The notes under the pieces: generated by a model
Told to the model about the DNA's origin: nothing
What the model saw: only the letters and a program-made list of their open reading frames with translations
Database searches by the model: none
Part shown: positions 44,470 through 54,128 of the stretch, one piece after another
Layout: the number at the start of each line of letters is the position of its first letter
Numbering within the stretch: the first letter of the stretch is position 1
DNA from: an uncultured Eubacteriales bacterium
GTDB lineage: Bacteria > Bacillota > Clostridia > Christensenellales > Aristaeellaceae
NCBI GenBank assembly: GCA_900321565.1
Contig: ONWQ01000428.1
Coordinates: 1-55,811, forward strand
DNA length: 55,811 nucleotides
Direction: 5' to 3'
Program-made: the position numbers and the translations under genes

Positions 44470-47400
44470 TTAATAATCAAAAGTACCTTCATAGACGAGT
44501 ACGGCAGGCCCGGTAAGCGTGATCTGCTGGTTTGATTCGGTGTAGCGTACCACCAGATCGCCACCAAGCAGTTTTACGGTTATATCTTCATCTGCCGCGC
44601 AATAGCCGTTCTGTACGGCAGCTACCACTGCAGCACAGGCGCCGGTACCACAGGCAAGCGTTTCACCGTTACCTCGTTCCCAAACACGCAGGCGCAGTGT
44701 GTTGCGGTTGACGACGCGGACAAATTCCGTGTTGATCCGGTCGGGAAATACTGATGCATATTCGAACTGCGGGCCGATGCTTTCCAGGTCCAGAGCATCA
44801 ATAGAATCACAGAAGATAACGCAATGCGGGTTTCCTGTATCGACTCGTGTGATCTGCCAGCTTTGTCCGGCAAGCTCAAGTGTTTCACAGACATTCCCGG
44901 ATGTGCGTGTCTGGCCATCGAGCCGGGGCATAAGCGTGGCTTGACCCATACTCACAGAGACAGAGCTGACACGACCGTCACGCAGGTATAGATGCAGCGG
45001 ATAAATGCCACTGGCGGTTTCAATGGTCATATACTCTGAATGAATATACCCGTTGTCATACAGGTATTTGGCGACACAGCGGATACTGTTCCCGGCCATT
45101 CTGCCTTCGCTTCCGTCCTGATTGAAGGAACGCATGCTGGCGTCTGCAACCCGGGAACGCTCGATCAGTACAATCCCGTCTCCACCAATGCCATAATGTG
45201 GTGTACAGAGACTGACACAGAGCGATTCGGGACAGGTCAGGCTTCCGTCAAAGTTCTCAACGAATATGTAATCATTCCCGCAACCATGCATCTTGGCAAA
45301 CCGGATTTTCTGTCTCCATGGCCGGAGATGATTAATGTCAACCAATTCAGTATTGGCAAGTGTGTACCGGCTTTCTATGATCTGAGCAAGTGCGCCTGCG
45401 GTATCCACGGAAGTCAGACAGGGAATACCGAGCTGCATGGCATGCCTGTGCAACAGCGTATAATCACCGACAGTCGTATCCTTCACAGCACCTGTATAGA
45501 CTATATAGGAAAGCTTTCCGGTGTTCATCAGCTGATACAGTACGAGGCTTTCGGTGGCGTTCGGAACACTTTCTACCGGTATGCCAAGCTGAGCAATGGC
45601 ATCAGCGGTTCCGCTTGTGGCATACAGTTTGAGTCCGAGATCATAAAATCGTTTTGCAAGGGAGATGATTTCCTGATAATCATTCTCTTCAACGGAAATC
45701 AGAACCCCACACTGACCGGGTGCATGTCGCTCGGGTACGGTAAAGCCGGCAGCCAGGAGCCCTTTAAACAGGGCTTCAGCCATGTTTTTCCCAAGACCGA
45801 GAACTTCACCTGTGGATTTCATTTCCGGACCGAGTATGGAATTGGCATCATTCAGTTTTTCAAAGGAGAACACCGGCACCTTGACAGCAACATAGGGTGG
45901 TGTGCGGTACAGACCTGTGCCATATCCCTGGTCTGCAAGTTTCTCACCGAGCATGACACGGCTGGCCAGGTCAACCATGGGAACCCCTGTTACCTTGGAT
46001 ATATAGGGGACGGTGCGGGATGCGCGTGGATTGACTTCGATTACGTATAGCTCATTATCAAAGATCAGATACTGAATATTCACCAGTCCCTGAGTTCCCA
46101 GGGCAAGGGCCAGTTTCCGGGAGCAGTCACAGATCTTCTGGAGGAACGGATCCGTCAGGTTATAAGGCGGGTAAACGGCAATGGAATCCCCGCTGTGTAC
46201 ACCGGCACGCTCAATGTGCTCCATGATTCCGGGAATCAGGACATCTTTTCCGTCTGAAATGACGTCAACTTCCAGTTCAATCCCGGGCATGTATTTATCA
46301 ATCAGCACAGGGTTGTCAATTCCGCCGCTCAGAATTCTGGTCATGTAATCCATCGTCTGTTCGCGTGTATGCACGATGGTCATGTTCTGACCGCCGATGA
46401 CATAAGAAGGCCGCAAAAGTACAGGATACCCGAGCATTTCGGCTGCCTGGACCGCTTCTTCCATGGACTGGACAGCTGTCCCCCGCGGGCGGGAGATGCC
46501 GAAACTCTCCAGAAGTGTATCAAACCGGCTGCGATCTTCTGCCATGTCAATGGAATCAGCAGAAGTCCCAAGGATACGGATGCCGTGTCTGTCCAGATAC
46601 TGCGTCAGTTTGATGGCGGTCTGCCCACCAAACGCTACCACGACGCCTATGGGCTGTTCAACGGCAATAATATGCATGACGTCTTCAGGACAAAGTGGTT
46701 CAAAGTAGAGACGGTCAGCCGTGTCATAGTCTGTGGATACAGTTTCCGGGTTATTATTGACTATGACGACATCATACCCCATTTCCTGGAGTGTCCATAC
46801 ACAGTGCACAGAAGAATAATCGAACTCAATTCCCTGACCGATACGGATCGGCCCGGAACCAAGTACCATAATGACGGGTTTTCCGGAGCGGGGAAAGCTT
46901 CGTGCTTCGCATATGGTATCAGCTGATGAATAAAAGTATGGAGTGGCTGCGTCAAACTCTCCACCGCAGGTGTCGACCATTTTATAGCTCAGACTGCGGG
47001 CAGGCCAGTCGTTTTTTTCACTGATTCTCCGGATGGCTGCATCGGTATATCCCTTGCGTTTGGCTTCGAGATACAGTGCGTCGCTTATGTCCTCTTTTTT
47101 CAGGCGCGCCTCAAGTCTGACAAGGTTCAGCAGCTTATTGAGGAAGAAGGGATCAATTTTTGTGGCCTGATGAATGCATTCGACAGTCCAGCCGTTTTCC
47201 AGTGCTTCAAAAACCGTAAAGAGCCGGTGATCATCCTGTGTCATGAGCCGCTCTTTGATCGGCGCGTCGGTAAGCGGTGCTGCATGCAGCGTATCCAGTC
47301 CGATCTCAGCACCACGTACGGCTTTCATCAGGGCTTCTTCAAAACACTGGCCTATGGCCATGACTTCGCCGGTGGCCTTCATCTGGGTGCCCAGTCTGCG

Positions 47401-48507
47401 GGATGCATTGGCAAACTTGTCAAATGGCCATTTGGGAAGCTTGACGACAACATAATCCAGAGTGGGTTCAAAGCATGCACAGGTCTTCTTGGTGATATCG
47501 TTCAGGATCTCATCAAGGGTATACCCCAGAGCAATCCGTGTTGTAATTTTGGCAATAGGATACCCGGTAGCCTTTGAGGCAAGGGCAGACGACCTGGAAA
47601 CCCGGGGATTGACTTCGATAACAGCATACTCAAAACTATCAGGATTCAGCGCAAACTGACAGTTACATCCGCCGACAATCCCCAGTGCACTGATCATGTC
47701 AAGGGATGCCGTGCGAAGCATCTGATATTCTTTATCTGAGAGTGTGAGAGCCGGTGCAACGACAATGGAATCGCCTGTGTGGATTCCGACAGGATCCATG
47801 TTTTCCATGGAGCATACAGCGATTACATTCCCTGCGGCGTCCCGCATGGTTTCAAACTCGATTTCTTTCCACCCGGCAATGCTTTTTTCTACCAGAATCT
47901 GTGTTATAGGCGAGGCGTCGAGACCTGCCTGTGCAATCGTCTGCATTTCTTCTGCATTGCTGGCAATCCCGCCACCACTGCCGCCCAGCGTAAATGCAGG
48001 GCGAACAATTACAGGGTATCCGATATGCTCAGCGGCAAGCAGGGCTCCAGTCAGACTGGTTGCAATCTCGGAAGGAACAACAGGCTGGCCAATGGCCTGC
48101 ATGGTATTACGGAACAGCTCACGGTCTTCTGCCTTATCTATGGCGTCCATATCGGATCCAAGAAGCCGTATGCCAAGACGGTTGAGTACACCGCTGCGCG
48201 ACAATTGCATGGCCAGTGTGAGTGCGGTTTGTCCGCCAAGACCCGCGAGCAGACCATCTGGACGCTCATGTTCCAGGATTCTTGTCAGTGTTGTTACGTT
48301 CAGAGGTTCCAGATAGATCTCATCTGCCAGATGCTTATCCGTCATAATGGTGGCAGGATTGGAGTTGACCAGAACGACATTAATGCCTTCTTCACGGAGA
48401 ACACGGCAGGCCTGAGCTCCGGCATAATCGAACTCAGCCGCCTGCCCGATGACGATCGGACCTGAGCCAATAACCAGAACTTTTCGAATGGTATGATCCT
48501 TAGGCAA
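44470..48507 (-). CDS. carB: Carbamoyl-phosphate synthase large subunit fused in frame to a C-terminal DapF-fold (diaminopimelate epimerase-like) domain
   Basis: The CarB part (about 1067 aa) begins (M)PKDHTIRKVLVIGSGPIVIGQAAEFDYAG. It contains both ATP-grasp halves and an MGS-like tail (GVLISV...LYATSGTA...). The ORF then continues with no stop into KIRFAKMHGCGNDY...NQDGSEGRMAGNSIRC...ERGNGETLACGTGACAA...VYEGTFDY (44473-45306). GGGGAGG lies 8 nt upstream of the TTG at 48507, whereas the GTG at 48516 abuts the SD. Confidence 0.9.
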   Translation of the reverse strand: MPKDHTIRKVLVIGSGPIVIGQAAEFDYAGAQACRVLREEGINVVLVNSNPATIMTDKHLADEIYLEPLNVTTLTRILEHERPDGLLAGLGGQTALTLAMQLSRSGVLNRLGIRLLGSDMDAIDKAEDRELFRNTMQAIGQPVVPSEIATSLTGALLAAEHIGYPVIVRPAFTLGGSGGGIASNAEEMQTIAQAGLDASPITQILVEKSIAGWKEIEFETMRDAAGNVIAVCSMENMDPVGIHTGDSIVVAPALTLSDKEYQMLRTASLDMISALGIVGGCNCQFALNPDSFEYAVIEVNPRVSRSSALASKATGYPIAKITTRIALGYTLDEILNDITKKTCACFEPTLDYVVVKLPKWPFDKFANASRRLGTQMKATGEVMAIGQCFEEALMKAVRGAEIGLDTLHAAPLTDAPIKERLMTQDDHRLFTVFEALENGWTVECIHQATKIDPFFLNKLLNLVRLEARLKKEDISDALYLEAKRKGYTDAAIRRISEKNDWPARSLSYKMVDTCGGEFDAATPYFYSSADTICEARSFPRSGKPVIMVLGSGPIRIGQGIEFDYSSVHCVWTLQEMGYDVVIVNNNPETVSTDYDTADRLYFEPLCPEDVMHIIAVEQPIGVVVAFGGQTAIKLTQYLDRHGIRILGTSADSIDMAEDRSRFDTLLESFGISRPRGTAVQSMEEAVQAAEMLGYPVLLRPSYVIGGQNMTIVHTREQTMDYMTRILSGGIDNPVLIDKYMPGIELEVDVISDGKDVLIPGIMEHIERAGVHSGDSIAVYPPYNLTDPFLQKICDCSRKLALALGTQGLVNIQYLIFDNELYVIEVNPRASRTVPYISKVTGVPMVDLASRVMLGEKLADQGYGTGLYRTPPYVAVKVPVFSFEKLNDANSILGPEMKSTGEVLGLGKNMAEALFKGLLAAGFTVPERHAPGQCGVLISVEENDYQEIISLAKRFYDLGLKLYATSGTADAIAQLGIPVESVPNATESLVLYQLMNTGKLSYIVYTGAVKDTTVGDYTLLHRHAMQLGIPCLTSVDTAGALAQIIESRYTLANTELVDINHLRPWRQKIRFAKMHGCGNDYIFVENFDGSLTCPESLCVSLCTPHYGIGGDGIVLIERSRVADASMRSFNQDGSEGRMAGNSIRCVAKYLYDNGYIHSEYMTIETASGIYPLHLYLRDGRVSSVSVSMGQATLMPRLDGQTRTSGNVCETLELAGQSWQITRVDTGNPHCVIFCDSIDALDLESIGPQFEYASVFPDRINTEFVRVVNRNTLRLRVWERGNGETLACGTGACAAVVAAVQNGYCAADEDITVKLLGGDLVVRYTESNQQITLTGPAVLVYEGTFDY

Positions 48508-48512
48508 GCGTA

Positions 48513-49565
48513 TCACCTCCCCATCATCTGAAGAAAGCGGTCAAAAAGGAATCCAGTGTCCTGCGGTCCGGAACAGGCTTCCGGATGAAACTGCACAGTC
48601 ATGCACTGCTTTCCGGGGTATAGCATCCCTTCACAGCTGCCATCGTTGGCATTTCGGAAAGTTTCCAGGCCAATTCCGGCAAGGCTTTCGGAAACAACAG
48701 CATAACCGTGATTCTGACTGGTGATGAACGTACGGCCAGTCTGTATTTCCTTGACAGGCTGGTTAGCTCCGCGGTGACCATAATGCAGTTTGATGGTTTT
48801 GCCACCCATAGCCAGCGCTGTGAGCTGATGCCCGAGACAGATGCCAAAAACAGGCACTTTTCCGATCAGCTGCCGGATCTGCCGGATCGCAAACTGATTC
48901 TCTTCCGGATCACCGGGACCGTTGGATAGCATGATTCCGTCAGGATTCAGTGCGAGGACCTGAGCCGCGCTGGTTGTTGCCGGAAGGACAGCCACTTCAC
49001 AACCACGGTTCTGAAGCGAACGGATGATGTTCATTTTGGCGCCATAATCTATAAGAACAACTCGGTACCGGATTTCTCCGATTGCAGGATAGACTGCTGG
49101 AGAATGGCGGGTAACCTTTTCTACAACCCCCTGAACCCGGTAATTCTGAAGACATGAAAGGTCTTCAGGCACAGACTGGCAGATCAGAGCATTCATGACT
49201 CCGTATTCACGGATGGTTCGGGTCAGATGCCGCGTATCGATACCGCAGATGCCGGGTATATGATGCTCTTCCAGAAAGGATTGTAAGGTGCCTGCAGAAC
49301 GGAAATTGGACGGTGCATCACAGAGCTCGCGTACAATGTATCCTTTCAGAGCCGTCTTTCCCTCAAAATCCTCCGGAATGACACCGTAATTTCCGATCAT
49401 GGGAAAAGTCTGAATGACAATCTGACCGGCATAGCTGGGATCCGTCAGTGTTTCCAGGTACCCTACCATACCGGTCGTGAAGACAAGCTCACCGACAGCA
49501 TCGGACGGTTCACCGATGGAGATTCCTTCATAGATATCACCGTTGGCAAGGACTAGATATGCCAC
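48513..49565 (-). CDS. carA: Carbamoyl-phosphate synthase small (glutaminase) subunit
   Basis: The N-terminus LVLANGDIYEG is typical. The GATase triad region is FGICLGHQL and the C-terminus has VQFHPE. The GTG at 49565 lies 10 nt after AGGAG. The longest ORF starts at GTG 49574, only 1 nt after the SD. Confidence 0.9.
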   Translation of the reverse strand: MAYLVLANGDIYEGISIGEPSDAVGELVFTTGMVGYLETLTDPSYAGQIVIQTFPMIGNYGVIPEDFEGKTALKGYIVRELCDAPSNFRSAGTLQSFLEEHHIPGICGIDTRHLTRTIREYGVMNALICQSVPEDLSCLQNYRVQGVVEKVTRHSPAVYPAIGEIRYRVVLIDYGAKMNIIRSLQNRGCEVAVLPATTSAAQVLALNPDGIMLSNGPGDPEENQFAIRQIRQLIGKVPVFGICLGHQLTALAMGGKTIKLHYGHRGANQPVKEIQTGRTFITSQNHGYAVVSESLAGIGLETFRNANDGSCEGMLYPGKQCMTVQFHPEACSGPQDTGFLFDRFLQMMGR

Positions 49566-49570
49566 GCCGT

Positions 49571-50560
49571 TCACACTCCTGTTAATGTAGCAGCCATGAC
49601 GGCCTTGATGGTGTGCATCCGGTTTTCTGCTTCATCGAACACAATGGAAGCCGGGGATTCAAACACTTCGTCCGTGACTTCCATGGCATCAATGTGGAAT
49701 CGCGCATGAATATCCCGGCCAATGGTTGTTTTCAGGTCGTGAAATGCCGGCAGACAATGCATGAAGCGGCACTGAGGCCCGGCTGTCTGCATGAGGGCGC
49801 TGTTGACCTGGTATGGCAGCAATGCCTCAATACGTTCCTGCCATACGGCATCGGGTTCACCCATGGAAACCCAGACATCGGTATAGAGTACATCAGCGCC
49901 GCTGACAGAAGACAGGTCTGAGGAAAGCTCAATCTTTGCACCGGTTTCACTGGCGATCCGGTTGCATGTTTGAACCAGTGCGTCACCAGGCTGGTAAGCC
50001 TTAGGTGCACAGGCAACAAAGTGCATGCCAAGCTTGGCACAGCCAATCATGAGAGAGGATGCCATGTTATAGCGGGCATCACCGAGGAACACAAGCTTGC
50101 GTCCCTTCAGACTGCCAAAGTGTTCGCGGATGGTCAGCATGTCTGCCAGTACCTGGGTCGGATGGTATTCATTGGTAAGCCCGTTCCATACAGGCACTCC
50201 GGAATACCGGTCAAGGTCTTCGACTATACTCTGTTCAAACCCGCGGTATTCTATACCGTCAAACATCCGGCCAAGCACGCGCGCAGTATCCGGAATGGAT
50301 TCTTTTTTTCCGATCTGTGAACCGGAGGGATCCAGGTAAACCGGGTGCATGCCAAGGTCTGCGGCTGCGACTTCGAAAGCGCAGCGTGTCCGCGTACTTG
50401 TCTTTTCAAAGATCAGGGCTATATTTTTCCCTTCACATAAACGATGACTGATGCCCTGCTTCTTCTGGGCTTTCAGGGATGCAGCCAGATCCAGAAGATG
50501 CATAATCTCTTCGGGCGTGAAATCAAGAAGCGTAAGAAAGCTTTTTCCCTTCAGTGACAT
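49571..50560 (-). CDS. argF: Ornithine carbamoyltransferase
   Basis: The motifs STRTR, HPTQ, DVWVSMG and HCLPAFH are present. The product is 329 aa, and AGGAGG lies 7 nt upstream of the ATG. Confidence 0.9.
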   Translation of the reverse strand: MSLKGKSFLTLLDFTPEEIMHLLDLAASLKAQKKQGISHRLCEGKNIALIFEKTSTRTRCAFEVAAADLGMHPVYLDPSGSQIGKKESIPDTARVLGRMFDGIEYRGFEQSIVEDLDRYSGVPVWNGLTNEYHPTQVLADMLTIREHFGSLKGRKLVFLGDARYNMASSLMIGCAKLGMHFVACAPKAYQPGDALVQTCNRIASETGAKIELSSDLSSVSGADVLYTDVWVSMGEPDAVWQERIEALLPYQVNSALMQTAGPQCRFMHCLPAFHDLKTTIGRDIHARFHIDAMEVTDEVFESPASIVFDEAENRMHTIKAVMAATLTGV

Positions 50561-50574
50561 GACGGATCCTCCTG

Positions 50575-51297
50575 TTAAAGTACTTTGGCAAGGAATGAGC
50601 GGAGACGTTCAGAGCGCGGATTGGAAAAGATCTGTTCCGGTGTTCCTTCCTCCAGGATCACGCCTTCATCCAGAAACAGTACGCGGTTGGATACTTCTCG
50701 TGCAAAGCCCATTTCATGCGTGACGACAACCATCGTCATGCCTTCCTGGGCCAGACGTTTCATGACATCGAGCACTTCTCCGACCATTTCCGGATCCAGC
50801 GCGCTTGTGGGTTCATCAAAGAGCATGACATCCGGTTCCATACACAGTGCACGTACGATGGCAACGCGCTGCTTCTGTCCGCCGGAAAGCTGTCCCGGAT
50901 AGTCCCGTGCACGGTCAGCGAGACCAACACGGCCAAGCAGTTCCATGGCTTTCTGTTCCGCCTGCGCCCGGGAACACTTTTTCAGCATGAGAGGTGCACA
51001 GGTCAGGTTATCGAGTACGGACATATGCGGGAAAAGATTGAACTGCTGGAAAACCATTCCCATTTTCTGGCGGTGAAGGTTCAGATTGACCTTTTTTCCG
51101 GTGAGTTCATTTCCTTCAAAAATAATGCTTCCTCCGGTTGGTGTTTCCAGAAGATTCAGACAGCGGAGGAATGTGGACTTCCCCGATCCGGAAGGCCCGA
51201 TCACGCAGATGACGTCTCCCTTATTGATGGTGACATCAATGCCGGCGAGTACATCAGCACCACCGAAATGTTTTTTCAGGTTCTTAACGGTGATCAT
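50575..51297 (-). CDS. Polar amino acid ABC transporter ATP-binding protein
   Basis: Walker [10 protein letters not shown], signature [11 protein letters not shown], Walker [12 protein letters not shown]. The 240-aa length is GlnQ/ArtP-like. Confidence 0.9.
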   Translation of the reverse strand: MITVKNLKKHFGGADVLAGIDVTINKGDVICVIGPSGSGKSTFLRCLNLLETPTGGSIIFEGNELTGKKVNLNLHRQKMGMVFQQFNLFPHMSVLDNLTCAPLMLKKCSRAQAEQKAMELLGRVGLADRARDYPGQLSGGQKQRVAIVRALCMEPDVMLFDEPTSALDPEMVGEVLDVMKRLAQEGMTMVVVTHEMGFAREVSNRVLFLDEGVILEEGTPEQIFSNPRSERLRSFLAKVL

Positions 51298-51970
51298 GCT
51301 TGCGTAGCCTCCCCTCGATAAGTTTTAGCAGCTGTGTGAGCAGGATAACCATGATCAGGTATGTGACTGCAACAATGAGCAGCGGGTTGATGGCATCATA
51401 GGTATTGTTTCGCACCAGATTTCCGGCGCGTGTCAGGTCAATGACCGCAACATACCCGGCAACGGAAGTCTCCTTGAGCAAAGCGATCATTTCATTGCCA
51501 ATGGCGGGAAGAATGTAGCGCATGGCCTGAGGGAGCACGATCCTGCGCATGGTCTGGAACCGGGACAGGCCAAGACTCCGGCCTGCTTCGGTCTGCCCGT
51601 GGTCAACGGCGTTCAGTCCGGAGCGGATCAGCTCTGCTACATAGGCACTGGAATTAATGCCGAATGCCAGAATCCCGACCGTGATCCCGTCAGCGCTGGC
51701 AAGAATGACGAAATAAAAAATCAGCAGAAGAACCACGACCGGGACTCCGCGGATGACTGTAACATAAATATCACAGAAGACGGCAAACGGTTTCAGTACC
51801 GGCACGCCTTCTGAAAAATTCTTTATAATGGCGATCAGCATGCCGAGGAAAACTCCGATACACAGAGCACCGAGAGTGAGAATGACAGTATTCTTCAGGC
51901 CTTTGAGCATGAGCTGGTCATAACCGGTTTCAATAAACGTTTCCTGCAGTTTAAGGATCCAGCTGTTCAA
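51284..51970 (-). CDS. Polar amino acid ABC transporter permease (HisMQ/GlnP family)
   Basis: The EAA-type loop is [44 protein letters not shown] lies 8 nt upstream of the TTG at 51970. The GTG at 51979 overlaps the SD. Confidence 0.85.
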   Translation of the reverse strand: MNSWILKLQETFIETGYDQLMLKGLKNTVILTLGALCIGVFLGMLIAIIKNFSEGVPVLKPFAVFCDIYVTVIRGVPVVVLLLIFYFVILASADGITVGILAFGINSSAYVAELIRSGLNAVDHGQTEAGRSLGLSRFQTMRRIVLPQAMRYILPAIGNEMIALLKETSVAGYVAVIDLTRAGNLVRNNTYDAINPLLIVAVTYLIMVILLTQLLKLIEGRLRKHDHR

Positions 51971-51996
51971 GAAATCCACTCCTTTTTTACGATGGA

Positions 51997-52034
51997 AACA
52001 GCGAGGCAGGTCATGGCTGGCCTGCCCCGCTGTT
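51997..52034 (-). other. Intercistronic GC-rich stem-loop between the binding-protein and permease genes
   Basis: The minus strand reads AACAGCGGGGCAGG, a 10-nt loop, then CCTGCCTCGCTGTT (13 of 14 bp paired). No U-run follows. Confidence 0.5.
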
Positions 52035-52053
52035 ATAAACCAGACTGTCCGGA

Positions 52054-52818
52054 TTATTCAGCTGCTTCAGGAGCGGTATAGGGCGCTTCGTACTTGGCGA
52101 AGATTTCCTGAATGGTACCTGCGTCAAGAAGCTCGTGCAGGGCTTCATTCAGCTTGCTCTGCAGTTCTTCCTGGCCCTTGGCCATGGCGAAGGCATACGG
52201 TTCTGTTGTCATGGCATCGTCCAGGATCACCAGTTTCACATCATGCTCTGCATTGTATACCTTTACCATATCCGCAGCGGTCAGGTCATCAATGACCCAG
52301 GCGTCCACCTTGCCGTTGACCAGTGCGAGTTCTGCGTCTGCATTGGCGGCAAAGGGAGAAACATCATAGAAGTTCTTCATGCAGAAGGTTTCAGCGGTGG
52401 TACCGGTCTGTACCGAAATCTTTTTTCCGTCCAGGTCAGCCTTGGAAGTGATCGGACTGCCTTCGACAACGACAATCGCCTGTGCTGCCAGACAATAGGG
52501 GTCAGTGAACAGAGCGTTCTTTTTCCGCTGATCCGTAACAGATATACCGGACACACCAAGGTCAAACTTTCCGGCTTTAACGCCCGGAAGGACGGCTTCA
52601 AAATCCATCTGTTCAATCTGAAGTTCCATACCCAGTTTTTCACAGATCAGGTTCAGAATGTCAATTTCAATACCTACAGGAGCTTCACCTGCTGCAGGAT
52701 CGAGGTATTCGAAGGGAGGGAAATCAGGGCTGGTGGCAATGGTCAGTGTATCCGCCATGGCAGAGACCGCGGACAACATCAGGGCCAGGGCAAGCAGAAC
52801 AGCAAACAGTTTTTTCAT
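52054..52818 (-). CDS. Polar amino acid ABC transporter substrate-binding protein with a cleavable-type signal peptide and no lipobox Cys
   Basis: AAGGAG lies 9 nt upstream of the ATG at 52818. The signal peptide is MKKLFAVLLALALMLSAVSAMA/DT. It has a family 3 SBP fold (TSPDFPPFEY, GVSGISVT). The longer ORF reaching 52941 overlaps argG. Confidence 0.85.
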   Translation of the reverse strand: MKKLFAVLLALALMLSAVSAMADTLTIATSPDFPPFEYLDPAAGEAPVGIEIDILNLICEKLGMELQIEQMDFEAVLPGVKAGKFDLGVSGISVTDQRKKNALFTDPYCLAAQAIVVVEGSPITSKADLDGKKISVQTGTTAETFCMKNFYDVSPFAANADAELALVNGKVDAWVIDDLTAADMVKVYNAEHDVKLVILDDAMTTEPYAFAMAKGQEELQSKLNEALHELLDAGTIQEIFAKYEAPYTAPEAAE

Positions 52819-52837
52819 AAGGCGTTTCTCCTTTGTC

Positions 52838-54061
52838 TTACTTGGTTGTTTTTGCGTTGACCATGGCCTGTACCTGAATGGGAAGGCCAAAGAGATTGAT
52901 AAATCCGGCGGAGTCTTTCTGGTTGTAATCGCTCTCACCAAAGGTAGCGATATCTTCAGAATACAGAGAATAGGGACTCCAGAGTCCTGCCTTGATGATG
53001 TTTCCCTTATAAAGCTTCAGGCGGACTTTGCCGGTGACATGTTCCTGGGTCTTGTCCACAAAGGCGCTCAGTGCTTCGCGCAGCGGGGTAAACCACTGTC
53101 CGTTGTAGACGAGTTCTGCGAAGGTAACTGCAAGCTTCTGCTTTTCGTGCATGGTCATTTTATCCAGGCAGATGCTCTCCAGCGCTTCATGTGCCTTGTA
53201 GAGGATTGTGCCGCCAGGAGTTTCGTAGACGCCACGGCATTTCATGCCCACAAGCCGGTTTTCGACGATGTCAAGGATACCGATTCCGTTCTTTCCGCCG
53301 AGCTCGTTGAGCTTGAGAAGAATGTTCTTGGCACTCATGGCTTCGCCATTGAGTGCAACAGGCGTTCCCTGATTGAACTCCAGCTCAACGTATGTGGGTT
53401 CATCCGGTGCCTGAAGCGGGGATACTCCCATTTCAAGGAAGCCGGGCTTTTCATACTGAGGTTCATTTCCGGTGTCTTCCAGATCAAGGCCTTCGTGGGA
53501 AAGATGCCAGATGTTCTTATCCTTGGAGTAATTGGTTTCGCGGTTGATTTTCAGCGGCACATGATGCGCTTCAGCATAATCGATTTCTTCGTCCCTGGAC
53601 TTGATGGTCCATTCACGCCAGGGTGCAATGATCGGCATGGTAGGGGCAAAATGCTTGATGGCCAGCTCAAAGCGGACCTGATCATTTCCTTTCCCTGTGC
53701 AGCCATGGCATATTGCATCCGCATTTTCCTTGAGGGCTATTTCTACCAGCCCCTTGGCGATGCACGGACGTGCTGTGCTTGTGCCGAGCAGATACTCCTC
53801 ATAAATGGCGCCGGCCTTCATGGTAGGAATGATGAAATCCTCCACATAGGTGTCGGTCAGGTCCAGCACATACAGTTTCGATGCACCGGTTTTCAGGGCT
53901 TTTTCCTCCAGCCCTTCCAGTTCATCTGCCTGGCCGACGTTTCCGGAAACGGCAATGATTTCGGGATTGTTATAGTTTTCCTTCAGCCAGGGAATAATGA
54001 TCGAAGTATCCAAACCGCCGGAGTAGGCAAGTACGATCTTTTTGATGTCTTCTTTCTTCAT
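52838..54061 (-). CDS. argG: Argininosuccinate synthase
   Basis: AGGAGG lies 9 nt upstream of the ATG at 54061. [20 protein letters not shown] is the N-type ATP pyrophosphatase motif. [13 protein letters not shown] and the length of about 407 aa also fit. Confidence 0.95.
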   Translation of the reverse strand: MKKEDIKKIVLAYSGGLDTSIIIPWLKENYNNPEIIAVSGNVGQADELEGLEEKALKTGASKLYVLDLTDTYVEDFIIPTMKAGAIYEEYLLGTSTARPCIAKGLVEIALKENADAICHGCTGKGNDQVRFELAIKHFAPTMPIIAPWREWTIKSRDEEIDYAEAHHVPLKINRETNYSKDKNIWHLSHEGLDLEDTGNEPQYEKPGFLEMGVSPLQAPDEPTYVELEFNQGTPVALNGEAMSAKNILLKLNELGGKNGIGILDIVENRLVGMKCRGVYETPGGTILYKAHEALESICLDKMTMHEKQKLAVTFAELVYNGQWFTPLREALSAFVDKTQEHVTGKVRLKLYKGNIIKAGLWSPYSLYSEDIATFGESDYNQKDSAGFINLFGLPIQVQAMVNAKTTK

Positions 54062-54093
54062 GTCAGCAAACCTCCTTGCATATGACATAAGGG

Positions 54094-54122
54094 AATGTAC
54101 TGCATAAAAACGGAAAAGTCAA
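54094..54122 (-). promoter_or_regulatory. Candidate sigma-A promoter of the arg operon (TTGACT-17 nt-TACATT)
   Basis: The minus strand reads TTGACT at 54122-54117, a 17-nt spacer, then TACATT at 54099-54094, about 33 nt upstream of the argG ATG. Confidence 0.45.
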
Positions 54123-54128
54123 GAGAAA

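Noticed and set aside
45289-45291. The possibility that the DapF-like part is a separate gene starting at the internal Met of FAKMHG.
   Set aside because: There is no stop codon between the CarB part and this Met. No SD lies at suitable spacing (the nearest GGAG is about 24 nt upstream). The DapF-fold alignment begins upstream of the Met, at KIRF. Independent internal initiation remains untested.
45040-48465. Several long plus-strand ORFs antisense to carB (45040-46050, 46369-46926, 47170-47577, 47744-48316 and 47779-48465).
   Set aside because: All lie inside the well-supported carB frame. They lack SD sequences and give implausible Cys-, Arg- or Ser-rich products, so they are shadow ORFs.
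52658-54085. A 475-aa plus-strand ORF that covers the whole of argG in antisense.
   Set aside because: argG on the minus strand has unmistakable family motifs, a strong SD and operon context. The antisense product is low-complexity (rich in Phe, Leu, Gly and Cys) with no recognisable motif or SD. Long stop-free shadow frames opposite highly expressed genes are a known codon-bias artefact.
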